From: a virus
Lineage: Duplodnaviria > Caudoviricetes
Virus record (IMG/VR): IMGVR_UViG_3300021508_000029
Coordinates: 1-61,503 of that record
Length of the DNA: 61,503 nt
Direction: 5' to 3' (one strand)
Below the pieces are notes generated by a model. The model saw only the letters and a list, made by a program, of their open reading frames with translations. It was not told the DNA's origin and did not search any database. The position numbers were made by a program, and so were the translations under genes. This document shows positions 9,058 through 18,376 of this stretch, one piece after another; within the stretch, counting starts at the first letter, position 1, and each line of letters opens with the position of its first letter.

Positions 9058-10053
9058 ATGCAATATTATAATATATTTAAAGACACACTAACCTCCACTT
9101 CATCTCCCGATCTCGTCCCTATCGGCATACCCACTCATGACGGAGATAACTCCTCATTCAAAGATGGAGTCCAGTTTGCATGGGATGCTACATCTATTTC
9201 CATATTTAAAACATGCCCTTATAAATACAAACTGGTTATGATAGATGGTTGGAATGCTAAAGTAATTCCACCTCCTTTAGCGTTTGGAATTTATATGCAT
9301 GTAGTATTCCAAACCTGGCACAGGCTCGACGCAGAACCATCAATATCCAAAGATGAAGCTTTCCTTCGTTGTGTAAAGCTTGCTGGTATGTTAGGTGAAA
9401 AGCTCCCTAATGGCGATAACGCTCGCCGTAAAGAGCAACTTGTGCGGGCTACCGTTTGGTATCTTGAGCAATTCTGGGATGATCAAGCCAAAACAGTAAT
9501 CTTATCTAATGGCAAACCCGCTGTTGAATACTCATTTACTCTTCCATTCTTCACCCAAGACGGTTTAGATACCTACCTCTGTGGTCATATAGATAGATTC
9601 GCAAAATGGCAAGGTCGCGTTCTTGCTCAAGATTACAAAACAACTAAATATGGGCTTGATCAAAGGTTTATTAGCAAATTCAAACCTCACACTCAATTCC
9701 CACTTTACACAGCAGCTTCACATATTATAGCTGCCAAGACTCAAGAAGTCCCAGCAACAGATGGAATCCTTCTTGACGGAATCCAGCTTGGTGTAAACTT
9801 TAATCGCTTCATGAGATATATTGTCCCATACTCACCAGAAGAGATTCAAGAATATCTCAAGGGTTTAAAGTATTGGATTAAACAGGCCATGACTACAAGC
9901 CAAGAGGGATATTTCCCTATGAACGAAGAGTCTTGTGAAAAATATGGGGGTTGTCAATTTAAGGATATATGTTCAAAACCGAAAGCTAGACACGAGCAGT
10001 ATCTTAAAGGTAACTTCACTAAACGTACATGGGATCCTCTAAGGGAGAGATAA
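9058..10053 (+). CDS. PD-(D/E)XK exonuclease (RecB/AddB/Cas4-like, four Cys)
   Basis: CPYKY; GHID...QDYKT; C-terminal CEKYGGCQFKDIC. Confidence 0.88.
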   Translation: MQYYNIFKDTLTSTSSPDLVPIGIPTHDGDNSSFKDGVQFAWDATSISIFKTCPYKYKLVMIDGWNAKVIPPPLAFGIYMHVVFQTWHRLDAEPSISKDEAFLRCVKLAGMLGEKLPNGDNARRKEQLVRATVWYLEQFWDDQAKTVILSNGKPAVEYSFTLPFFTQDGLDTYLCGHIDRFAKWQGRVLAQDYKTTKYGLDQRFISKFKPHTQFPLYTAASHIIAAKTQEVPATDGILLDGIQLGVNFNRFMRYIVPYSPEEIQEYLKGLKYWIKQAMTTSQEGYFPMNEESCEKYGGCQFKDICSKPKARHEQYLKGNFTKRTWDPLRER

Positions 10054-10055
10054 AG

Positions 10056-10226
10056 ATGGAAAATGAAGAATTATACGAGATGGAATTACATGAAGAGAAG
10101 CAAGTAACTCTTGGTCTTTATGTTATTCGTGTACCTGGAGGTTGGATTTATAGATCTGAAGCTTCAAATAATGATAATTGGACTATATCAACTACTTTTA
10201 TTCCTTTTAATAATGAATTCCAATAA
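10056..10226 (+). CDS. Small hypothetical protein (RVPGGWIY motif)
   Basis: Start moved to the ATG at 10056, after GGGAG. Confidence 0.65.
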   Translation: MENEELYEMELHEEKQVTLGLYVIRVPGGWIYRSEASNNDNWTISTTFIPFNNEFQ

Positions 10227-10439
10227 TAAGAAATCCCAAAGCGTTCAAGGTAAACTGGGCATAGCCCACCCTATAATAAAACTTGAGGTTGAAAAACGAC
10301 TATCTTTATACAGGGCTTTAATTAAAGATAATTTTAAACATGTTCACTGTTTACCAAAGGACAATAAATGATAATATCTAACGAACGATTTACACCTAGG
10401 TATATTATAAGCGGCTATGTAAATAAACATCATAGCATA

Positions 10440-10468
10440 TTGACAACACGTTATGTTTATGTTACCAT
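10440..10468 (+). promoter_or_regulatory. Sigma70-type promoter
   Basis: TTGACA, 17 bp, TACCAT with extended TG. Confidence 0.75.
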
Positions 10469-10512
10469 TGGTGCGTAAATAAATATCAACCAAAATACGT
10501 ATAAGGATAACT

Positions 10513-10809
10513 ATGAATTTATACTTAATAAGCCAAGAAGTAAACACTGACTGGGATACTTTTAGTTCTGCCGTTGTTATAGCTGAATCAGAAGAAGAAG
10601 CCAGAAAAATACACCCTTGTGGTATAACTTTAGAGCAACGTGTAAAAGAGGCAGTTAATAAGGACCTCGTAAAAAAATGGTTTTATGATAATTGGACAAC
10701 GCCTGATAACGTAACAGCTATATTCTTAGGGGTTTATACAGGTGAACAATTAAAACTCACTGAAGTTTTTGATAATAAAATTATTTGTGCAAATTTCAAC
10801 GCAGGCTAA
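10513..10809 (+). CDS. Hypothetical phage protein (AESEEEA motif)
   Basis: AAGGA RBS, downstream of a promoter. Confidence 0.75.
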   Translation: MNLYLISQEVNTDWDTFSSAVVIAESEEEARKIHPCGITLEQRVKEAVNKDLVKKWFYDNWTTPDNVTAIFLGVYTGEQLKLTEVFDNKIICANFNAG

Positions 10810-10891
10810 ACAGCTTAATATTTAAAAAGAATAAGATTATGTTAGAAGAAAAATTAAAATTAGTAAAAAAAAAAATAAAGGAAATAATCTA

Positions 10892-11776
10892 ATGCCAATA
10901 TTAACAACTTCCAGTGAGCCAGCATTTATAAAAATGCTATTCCTTGCTTATTCTGGTGAAGGTAAATCTACCGCAATGGTTCCACTTTCAATCCCCGGTT
11001 ATCATGATAACCCAGGATATGAACTTAGGTGGCTTGATTTCGACGGTAAGGCTGAAGAGGTTATCCGTTCTATTTTAGCCCGCCTCTTATATAAAAAAGA
11101 AATCACACAAGATCAGCATGACAAGGCTCTCGCTAACAATGACGTATGTTCTTGTGTAGAAAGGACTGGAATTGTATCTGTGCGTGAGGGTAAAAAGACA
11201 ATTAAAAAGGTGGGTGTTTCAGGAACCGCAACTGCATGGAATAAGGCGGTCAAGCAAGTTGAGTTATGGAATAAAACATTTTCATCTAAAACAATACTTA
11301 TAGTTGATTCCCTTACTTATGCAAGTAAAGCAATTGTAAATGCCTCTCAGGATCTTAATGGGAAGCTTAACCAAGCCCTCGACTGGCGCGATTATCAAGG
11401 ACCTCAGCAAATAGTTGAAAATTTAATGACCCTATGTGCTGACCTCCCTACTCATGCTATAGTAACTGGCCACCAAGACCCATTAGAACTTTACAAGGCC
11501 ACTGATAAAATAGATGACAAAGGCCAACCAGTCGAAGACCTTATAGATACCCTTATGGTTCCTATATCAATTGGTCGAGCTGGTCGTATGAAGCTTCCAG
11601 CTCGCATGAACCATCTTCTTATAGCCTCTTCTGATGGTCGAGGCGCTGCTACACGTAGGTATATATTCACCGAGTCTCGCGTTGGTGTAGTAGCAAAAAC
11701 TCCTTTCTATGGATTATGTAAACCTAAATACCCTATCGAATACGGCCTTGTAGAGTATTTTAAATTACAAAAGTAA
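10892..11776 (+). CDS. Sak4-like (AAA_24, RecA-fold) ATPase/recombinase
   Basis: Walker A YSGEGKST, Walker B LIVDSLT, VTGH; neighbours an exonuclease and a putative SSB. Confidence 0.8.
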   Translation: MPILTTSSEPAFIKMLFLAYSGEGKSTAMVPLSIPGYHDNPGYELRWLDFDGKAEEVIRSILARLLYKKEITQDQHDKALANNDVCSCVERTGIVSVREGKKTIKKVGVSGTATAWNKAVKQVELWNKTFSSKTILIVDSLTYASKAIVNASQDLNGKLNQALDWRDYQGPQQIVENLMTLCADLPTHAIVTGHQDPLELYKATDKIDDKGQPVEDLIDTLMVPISIGRAGRMKLPARMNHLLIASSDGRGAATRRYIFTESRVGVVAKTPFYGLCKPKYPIEYGLVEYFKLQK

Positions 11777-11834
11777 AAGGTAATCATGTTGCTGGTTTGA
11801 TTTAAACCAAACACCAATATGATTACTTTTACTT
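11771..11834. repeat. Dispersed palindromic element, copy 3, inside a ~64-bp hairpin
   Basis: AAGTAAAAGGTAATCATGTTG...TTGATTTAAACCAA (11797-11810)...CAATATGATTACTTTTACTT. Confidence 0.85.
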
Positions 11835-11837
11835 AAT

Positions 11838-11905
11838 CGTGCTTAGAGGTTGGGATACTACACGTTAAATGAAATCGCTCACCAAGTAAGCCATAAAGGG
11901 CTTAC
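11838..11905 (+). ncRNA. Putative leader pseudoknot plus hairpin upstream of the SSB-like gene
   Basis: CGTG/CACG and TAG/CTA stem; loop GGTTGGGAT can pair with downstream ATCGCTCACC; GTAAGCC/GGCTTAC hairpin follows. Confidence 0.35.
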
Positions 11906-11946
11906 ACTTAAATTATAGTTTAAATGATAAATAAAGGATAAACCCT

Positions 11947-12540
11947 ATGTCTAATGTAGCAGAGTTATTAAAAGTAAATGTTAGTGAGTTCAAGACCCCA
12001 CCCCGCTTTCCAGAAGGAAATTACATCATGGTAATTGCATCTTATGCAATGCTTCCTTTTAGCTGGAAAACAAGCCAAACTTTCGGCCTGGCCTTTGTAC
12101 CGAAAATCCACGCTGTATCTTGTGTTGAAGCTGATGATGATTCTAATCCAGAACTTCAGGCCGAACAACAAGCAGCTTTGGATAAATTTGGCGACTGGAT
12201 TAATAAAGAGTTTGAATTTGCTTATACTGAAAAAGAAAGCCAAATGCGAATGGCTGCTGTATCTCAAGTCAATTTCCCTCTTATCGAAACAGCTGATGAT
12301 CATGAAGAAGCTTTAGGTATTTTGGAAAAATTTGCATGGCGTTTTTACCTAAACGAAGATGATGTCGAAAGTGGTTTTGTTGTTGATGCGCTCGGCTTAT
12401 CTTTCCCGGCTGGCACTCCTTTAGGTGAAGTTTTGGAAGCCACAGTTGATCAACAGTTCATGGCACAAATTGCGTATGAGCCTAATCAAGATCCATCCCG
12501 CCCACCTAACCTAGTTATCGACAGCGTAACTTGTGTTTAA
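11947..12540 (+). CDS. Putative single-stranded DNA-binding protein
   Basis: Follows the Sak4-like gene; PPRFPEGNY...I start typical of phage OB-fold SSBs; acidic. Confidence 0.55.
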   Translation: MSNVAELLKVNVSEFKTPPRFPEGNYIMVIASYAMLPFSWKTSQTFGLAFVPKIHAVSCVEADDDSNPELQAEQQAALDKFGDWINKEFEFAYTEKESQMRMAAVSQVNFPLIETADDHEEALGILEKFAWRFYLNEDDVESGFVVDALGLSFPAGTPLGEVLEATVDQQFMAQIAYEPNQDPSRPPNLVIDSVTCV

Positions 12541-12577
12541 ATAGCTAATCTTCAAGTTTAAAAAGCCAATTTGGTTT

Positions 12578-12617
12578 CACTATGTAAATTTACTCTCCTT
12601 ATTTGCATAGTGTTTTT
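12578..12617 (+). terminator. Terminator-like hairpin
   Basis: CACTATGTAAAT / ATTTGCATAGTG followed by TTTTT. Confidence 0.7.
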
Positions 12618-12656
12618 ATTAACAAGGAAAACTTTAAACTTTCAAAGGAAACTTAA

Positions 12657-14207
12657 ATGTTCTCAAATCGTATAGTCCAAGTTCTTACAGACGATATTCT
12701 AATCGACCGCCCAAACCGGCAACGTAGTGATTTAACACCTGAAGCAGTTATAAGTCTTGCTTATTCAATAGCAAAAAATCAATGGATTTCTCCTATTTTA
12801 ATTAATGAAGAAACTAATCACATTGTTGCTGGCGAACGTAGACTTACTGCAGTAAAAGTGCTTCATAGCTGTATTAATGGGGATTATTCAATATTCTCCA
12901 AACCAGACGAAGCCAGAGCCAAATTAGCTCACATATGTTCTTGTAAGGTTGATTCTTGGAAAGGGTGGACAAAGATACCATCTCAATTAGGAAAAAACCT
13001 AACCGAGCAAGAACTTGTTGTTTTTGAATTCATCGAAAATGCACAACGAAGTGATCTTAAATGGCAGGATAGAGCTAAGGCAATATATACTATTCATGCT
13101 CATGGCCTGGTTACAGAAAAGAAATGGAACAATCAACAAACAGGAGTCCTTGTAGGCCTTGATCATTCAAGCGTGGCTAAATGTTTGAAATTATGGAGAT
13201 TCATGATAGCGGCTGAAGTTGAAAAAAACACTAAATTAAAATTAATTATCACTGAAGCACCTACTTTACAATCCGCGCTTCAAACAATTGACCGGCATAT
13301 TTCTCGTAGACAAGATGATGTTGTATCTTTAACCTCGACAGCAATTGCACCTAAACCCAAAAATACAAAAGATATATCATCTAAACCCGGTCCAGCTATT
13401 GGAGTAGCACCTGTAATTGGTGGGGATATACCTGAGCTTGATGAAGATTTAAACGAGTATAATGAAGATGATAATCTTGAACTTTCTTCTCTCGGTAAAC
13501 AGCTTATTTTAAACCAAGACTTTAACTCGTGGGCAGAAAATTACGCTGGTCAACCTTTTAACTTTATTCATTGTGATTTCCCTTATGGTATTAATTTTAA
13601 TAAGGGTGTTTATGGCAATACGGTAAATTCTAAAATAACAAATGATTATTTAGATAGTCCAGATGTATATTGGGATTTATTAAATATTTTAGCCAAGCAT
13701 CAAGATAAATTAATTGCACCATCTGCTCATATAATGTTTTGGTTTTCGCAAAATCAGCGTAAAGAAACTGAAGATTTTTTCAACACAAACTTTAAAAAGT
13801 GTTTGGTTCAATCACATTTAATGATATGGCATTTTAGTGAAAATTCTGGAATTATTCCAGATTCTCAAAGATATGGAGTTCGTACTTACGAAACGGCTAT
13901 GTTAATTACTTTTGGTGATCGGTTTATAGTTGAGGCTAAATCATTATGTTTTGAAAGTTCGGCTGAGCGAAAAACACGTGTTCACCGTAGCCAAAAACCG
14001 CTTGCCGTTCTTAATCATTTCTTTAGAATGTTTGTAGATGATTCAAGCCGAGTTCTTGACCCGACAGCTGGTTCAGGAACAAGCCTAGTAGCCTCACATA
14101 ACTTAGAAGCAGAAGAGATTGTCGGACTCGAAATGCAAGAAGAAACGTATAAAACTGCTGTTAAATTTATTGATGAAGAACTAAGTAAAGAAGATATTAT
14201 ACTATAG
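12657..14207 (+). CDS. ParB-like N-terminal domain plus HTH, fused to an amino-DNA methyltransferase (beta-class motif order)
   Basis: RQR...ISPILI...IVAGERRLTA...ENAQRSDL; HTH QQTGVLVGLDHSSVAKCL; MTase HCDFPYG, HRSQKP, VLDPTAGSGTS. Confidence 0.88.
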   Translation: MFSNRIVQVLTDDILIDRPNRQRSDLTPEAVISLAYSIAKNQWISPILINEETNHIVAGERRLTAVKVLHSCINGDYSIFSKPDEARAKLAHICSCKVDSWKGWTKIPSQLGKNLTEQELVVFEFIENAQRSDLKWQDRAKAIYTIHAHGLVTEKKWNNQQTGVLVGLDHSSVAKCLKLWRFMIAAEVEKNTKLKLIITEAPTLQSALQTIDRHISRRQDDVVSLTSTAIAPKPKNTKDISSKPGPAIGVAPVIGGDIPELDEDLNEYNEDDNLELSSLGKQLILNQDFNSWAENYAGQPFNFIHCDFPYGINFNKGVYGNTVNSKITNDYLDSPDVYWDLLNILAKHQDKLIAPSAHIMFWFSQNQRKETEDFFNTNFKKCLVQSHLMIWHFSENSGIIPDSQRYGVRTYETAMLITFGDRFIVEAKSLCFESSAERKTRVHRSQKPLAVLNHFFRMFVDDSSRVLDPTAGSGTSLVASHNLEAEEIVGLEMQEETYKTAVKFIDEELSKEDIIL

Positions 14208-14216
14208 GAAACTATC

Positions 14217-14399
14217 ATGAGTACGGATTACACAAGTTTATAAAGAAGTAATAGACAACATAAACGTGATGAAGTTGTAGAGTTTAATAAAGCTTATCTC
14301 GAAAGTAAAGAACCTAAAGTTAAAAATAAAGTAAAGAAGACAAATCAGAAAGTAGCACAAACATTAGCAATGATGGCAGCTTTAAACTACCTTAAATAA
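14217..14399 (+). pseudogene. Small ORF interrupted by an in-frame TAA at codon 9
   Basis: AGGA RBS and ATG; the frame stays open for 51 codons after TAA 14241-14243 and fills the intergenic gap. Confidence 0.45.
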
Positions 14400-14418
14400 C
14401 CCTCAAAGGAGATCCAAA

Positions 14419-15033
14419 ATGTTATTAGCAATTGTTGATACTGAAACAACTGGTATAATCGGTAAAGACTATACAAAGATTACTAATCCTCACATAGCCT
14501 CTATAACCGTTATCATATACAACACAGACGCCTCCCGTGTTCAAGCTAGCTTCAACACAATGATTTTGCCTGATGATTGGGAGATGCCACCTGGAGCCGA
14601 AGCTGTCAACGGCCTTGCTACAGAAACCCTTTTAACTTACGGCATTCCAATTAAAGATGCTATGAAAGTAGTAGGTTTACTTCTTGAACCTGCTGATTTA
14701 TTTATAGCCCACAACGCTATTTTTGACATCCGTATGGTAGCCTCAGAATTTTATCGTAGTGATTTACTTGACGAGTTAGATATTCTTCTCGGCAAAGAAT
14801 CTTTCTGCACCATGAAAGAGAGTAAGCACATTGTTCAGGCTAAGAATAAAAATGGTGGGCTTAAAAACCCTAAACTTACTGAGGCTTATGAATTCTTTTT
14901 CGAGAAACCGCTTGATAACTCTCACTCAGCTAATGCGGATACAGTAGCTTGTTTAGAAATATACTTAGCACTTCAGCACTTCAGCTTATATAAAGAAGTT
15001 GATATAAGCTCTGACGATGATGTAAACCTTTAA
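14419..15033 (+). CDS. DnaQ-like (DEDDh) 3'-5' exonuclease
   Basis: DTETTG, AHNAIFD, HSANAD. Confidence 0.92.
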   Translation: MLLAIVDTETTGIIGKDYTKITNPHIASITVIIYNTDASRVQASFNTMILPDDWEMPPGAEAVNGLATETLLTYGIPIKDAMKVVGLLLEPADLFIAHNAIFDIRMVASEFYRSDLLDELDILLGKESFCTMKESKHIVQAKNKNGGLKNPKLTEAYEFFFEKPLDNSHSANADTVACLEIYLALQHFSLYKEVDISSDDDVNL

Positions 15034-15043
15034 GGAAAATAAA

Positions 15044-15979
15044 ATGGTATTACCAACTTGTCCAATAAAACCCATGCTTGCTTGCTCATCTATGATCCTT
15101 ACAGATGATAACTATGATAGAATATCTTATCCTGTAATAGCATCTACTAAGCTTGATGGGTGGCGCTCGATTATAGACAAAAACAGTAACCCTTTAAGCC
15201 GGTCAGGTAAATCTATTCCTAACCTGTTCACTCATAAGGAAATTCAGTCTGCCGGTCTGGTCGGGTGGGATGGAGAAATTCTTGCCTCCAGTCCTACTGA
15301 TCCTAATGCTATGCAGAAAGCTCAATCAGCATTTTCTTCCATTTATGGTGAGCCAGATTTCACCTACCACATATTTGATAATTGGACAAGGCAAACCCAG
15401 TCCTTTAAAGAATATTGGGACTTGTTACAAAGTATAAATTTTAAATTTCCTGAGTGGGTTAAGCTTATTCCTCAAATTACCATAACTTCCCCTGAAGAAC
15501 TTGCTGACTTCGTAAAACATACAACTGATATGGGTTACGAAGGTGCAGTTATCCGCTCACCTTCCTCCCCTTATAAACACGGTCGGTCAACTTGGAAACA
15601 AGAGTGGATGCTCAAGGCTAAACCATATACATACGAGGAAGGAATGATTATATCCCTTAACGAGCGTATGATTAACTTTAATCCTAAAACCCGTGATGAA
15701 CTCGGCTTTTCTAAACGGTCAACTCACAGGGGTGGGAAAGTTCCAGGAGATACCCTTGGCTCATTCAATATCCGAAACAAAGATGGTTTAATCTTTTCTA
15801 TAGGAACAGGCCACCTTAACGAACCCGAGCGTTTAAAGGTTTGGAATGATCGGGATACTTGTGATACATGGGTAGGCAAACTTATTACGTTTAAACACTT
15901 CGCACAAAGTGGAGTTCGAGATAAACCAAGACACGGTCAATTTGTAAGTCTCCGTTCTATAGAAGATTTATCCATATGA
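15044..15979 (+). CDS. ATP-dependent DNA ligase
   Basis: KLDGWR, WDGEI, YHIFD, EGAVIR, LKAKP and a C-terminal OB domain. Confidence 0.93.
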   Translation: MVLPTCPIKPMLACSSMILTDDNYDRISYPVIASTKLDGWRSIIDKNSNPLSRSGKSIPNLFTHKEIQSAGLVGWDGEILASSPTDPNAMQKAQSAFSSIYGEPDFTYHIFDNWTRQTQSFKEYWDLLQSINFKFPEWVKLIPQITITSPEELADFVKHTTDMGYEGAVIRSPSSPYKHGRSTWKQEWMLKAKPYTYEEGMIISLNERMINFNPKTRDELGFSKRSTHRGGKVPGDTLGSFNIRNKDGLIFSIGTGHLNEPERLKVWNDRDTCDTWVGKLITFKHFAQSGVRDKPRHGQFVSLRSIEDLSI

Positions 15980-16242
15980 GCAAATTACGACAAAAACAAT
16001 CTCGTCTTGAATCTTCTATAGAGGTTAGTGTTAATATCTTCTCCGGCTTTATTATATCTTATCTTGTATGGATTTATATTGTTCCTATAATATGGCCGGA
16101 GCATACTTCATCTCATGGTGTTGCTTTTGGAATCACAGTTCTTTTTACTATATCTTCAATTATTCGATCTTATATTTGGCGTAGGTTTTTTGAGAATGAG
16201 CTACATCGGTTTATTCATAAATTTTTAAGCATATATAAATAA
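15976..16242 (+). CDS. Small two-TM membrane protein
   Basis: Two hydrophobic segments; RSYIWRRFF. Confidence 0.75.
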   Translation: MSKLRQKQSRLESSIEVSVNIFSGFIISYLVWIYIVPIIWPEHTSSHGVAFGITVLFTISSIIRSYIWRRFFENELHRFIHKFLSIYK

Positions 16243-16254
16243 GGAAAAATTAAT

Positions 16255-16674
16255 ATGGAACAAGATATTAAAGCCAGCAACGAGTTACAGACTATGTTTG
16301 TAGATTTATTTAGCACTAAAATTAAAGAGCAAGTAAATAAAACAACTAATAAAAATTATTCTTTTAAAGTAGCTACTTTTTTAGATATTAATTTCCAAAA
16401 AATAATGGATGATCTATCTTACGCGGATCCTCTTCGGATTGTTAAAGTCGGAGATGAATTATTCACTGTTGTCCACCATACTATTTTTGATAAATACATG
16501 CACTCTCTAAGCCCTAAAGTAAATCTTCTTAAATTTATTGCAGGTGAAGAGGCATTTATTAAAGCTAATGAAATTAAACACCTTATTACAGATATTCAAT
16601 TAATTAAACAGTCTCAATGGGTGCCTAGTACTTATAAACCCTTTCAAGTTGAAGTTATTAAAGTTAAGGTATAA
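16255..16674 (+). CDS. Hypothetical protein
   Basis: AAGGA RBS. Confidence 0.7.
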   Translation: MEQDIKASNELQTMFVDLFSTKIKEQVNKTTNKNYSFKVATFLDINFQKIMDDLSYADPLRIVKVGDELFTVVHHTIFDKYMHSLSPKVNLLKFIAGEEAFIKANEIKHLITDIQLIKQSQWVPSTYKPFQVEVIKVKV

Positions 16675-16688
16675 AGGAAGGAAAAGTA

Positions 16689-16904
16689 ATGAGTAAAATA
16701 AAAACTATAATTATTGTAACTAATCAAGGCGTCTCTACCCGCTCAGTCGGTGATGTTATAAACGGTATGCTTGTAGATAGAATAGTTGATCAATCAATAG
16801 AATTTGAATCTTCAATAGATTTTGTTTACGACGGATATACTGTAGAGGATAAGTTAATTTTTCAACTTATAAATCTACCTGTTGAAATCTTATATGACAA
16901 CTAG
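16689..16904 (+). CDS. Hypothetical protein
   Basis: AAGGA RBS. Confidence 0.7.
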   Translation: MSKIKTIIIVTNQGVSTRSVGDVINGMLVDRIVDQSIEFESSIDFVYDGYTVEDKLIFQLINLPVEILYDN

Positions 16905-17976
16905 TATAGTATTTATAAGCGACAAGTGGGGGTTTGATGAATCACTTTTCCAAACTCCATTTGTAGGTACAGCTGGTCAAGAGTTCTCCCGTATGTTAGC
17001 TCAGGCCGGATTTGGAAATAAAAGCCTTCCTTATAACTTCACATCTGCTATCCGCATGATGAATTATTGGGGCAAGTATAATTTTATATTCCTTAGTGTA
17101 TTCAATGAGCGTCCAGAAGATAATAATGTTGAATCATTTTATGCTCACCCAAAAGACAAAGTACCCCTTGACCGTAAACTTCCTCCCAGAAGGGTAGGCA
17201 CAAGTAATCTTTATTGCCGGGACGAGTACGCTTATCATGTATACGAATTGCATAAAAGGCTTGAGCAACTTAAACCTAATGTAATTGTAGCTCTTGGTAA
17301 CACGGCTCTCTGGGCGCTCCGTATCCCGCCCTCCATAGGTAAACTTCGTGGTAACGTGATTCAGTCTAAATGGGGGAAAGTTGTTCCAACTTATCATCCA
17401 TCTATGATTTTACGGAATTGGAGCAATCGTACAATTTCTCTCCTTGACCTTAATAAAGCAAGGCGGGAAAGTAAGAGTCCGAATATCTCCACACCGGATA
17501 GAATTATCTGGACTGAACCTACACTTGAAGATTTATACTTGTGGTGGGAAGAGCATGGGAGTAAGGCGAAACTTTTGGCTATTGATATTGAAACAGTCCG
17601 GCAAACTCAAGTTGCAGAAATAGGATTTGCATCTTCTCCCACTATGGCTCTACATATTCCTTTCGTATACAAGGATAATGGGAAATATATCTCTTGGTGG
17701 AAAACACCTGAGGAAGAACTTAAAGCATGGAACTTTGTAGAGATGGTATGTCGCTCAAGTGTTTTTAAAATCGGCCAGAACGTATGCCAGTATGATGTTT
17801 ATTTTATGATGCGAGCTTTAGGAATACCTATTATGAATATTACTGAAGACACTATGACACTTGCCCATAGCTGGCAACCGGAATTAGAAAAGAGTTTAGG
17901 TTTCCTTGGTAGCTTATTCTTGAATGAAAAAGCTTGGAAAAGTCTACGCTCTCACAGTGATAAAGAAGAATTTTAA
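16894..17976 (+). CDS. UDG-fold domain fused to the first part of a PolA 3'-5' exonuclease (split polymerase, part 1)
   Basis: PFVGTAG, PNVIVALGNTAL, PTYHPS (family 4 UDG fold); IDIET (ExoI), GQN..YD (ExoII), DTM; ExoIII absent. Confidence 0.85.
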   Translation: MTTSIVFISDKWGFDESLFQTPFVGTAGQEFSRMLAQAGFGNKSLPYNFTSAIRMMNYWGKYNFIFLSVFNERPEDNNVESFYAHPKDKVPLDRKLPPRRVGTSNLYCRDEYAYHVYELHKRLEQLKPNVIVALGNTALWALRIPPSIGKLRGNVIQSKWGKVVPTYHPSMILRNWSNRTISLLDLNKARRESKSPNISTPDRIIWTEPTLEDLYLWWEEHGSKAKLLAIDIETVRQTQVAEIGFASSPTMALHIPFVYKDNGKYISWWKTPEEELKAWNFVEMVCRSSVFKIGQNVCQYDVYFMMRALGIPIMNITEDTMTLAHSWQPELEKSLGFLGSLFLNEKAWKSLRSHSDKEEF

Positions 17977-17977
17977 A

Positions 17978-18355
17978 ATGACTAAACTAGAGAAAGCTCA
18001 AAGCCTTTTAGATATACAATGTTCAAAAGGTAATTATGATGTAAATGAATATATGCGAGGTATGGCTAATGGAATGAAAGTTCTTATGGCCGTGTTCGAT
18101 GATAAGGAACCTGAATTTATAGATAAACCTGATAACCTTGTTCCAGAAGCGTTAAATATATTAAGACAAGCAATGGAGGATAAATCAGAAGGTGAACTTT
18201 ATCACGGCTGGGTATGTAATATAAAATGGATTGTTTATGATACTATAAAACAAAACAATTTACTTATGAATACCGAAGAAGATTTAACATTACAAGAAGC
18301 CTGTAAAACTGGTGCCAAAACATTTTTAAATAGATTACTTAAAGAAGAAAAATAA
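17978..18355 (+). CDS. Hypothetical protein
   Basis: ATG at 17978, directly after the previous stop. Confidence 0.7.
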   Translation: MTKLEKAQSLLDIQCSKGNYDVNEYMRGMANGMKVLMAVFDDKEPEFIDKPDNLVPEALNILRQAMEDKSEGELYHGWVCNIKWIVYDTIKQNNLLMNTEEDLTLQEACKTGAKTFLNRLLKEEK

Positions 18356-18376
18356 TTATAACAAGGAAAACTTAAA

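Noticed and set aside
9058-10053. Cas4 as part of a CRISPR system
   Set aside because: Its context (Sak4-like ATPase, SSB) indicates a phage recombination exonuclease; no cas1 or cas2.
10469-10500. cer/dif site, from GGTGCGTAAAT resembling an XerC arm
   Set aside because: No XerD arm follows at a 6-8 bp spacing.
11838-11905. Pistol ribozyme, suggested by CGUG...CACGUUAAAU
   Set aside because: The loop, pseudoknot and downstream stems do not fit the pistol architecture as I recall it; kept only as a generic pseudoknot candidate.
1957-14243. Stop-codon reassignment
   Set aside because: Only two small ORFs show a suspicious TAA; long genes are intact in the standard code and end in TAA, TAG or TGA.
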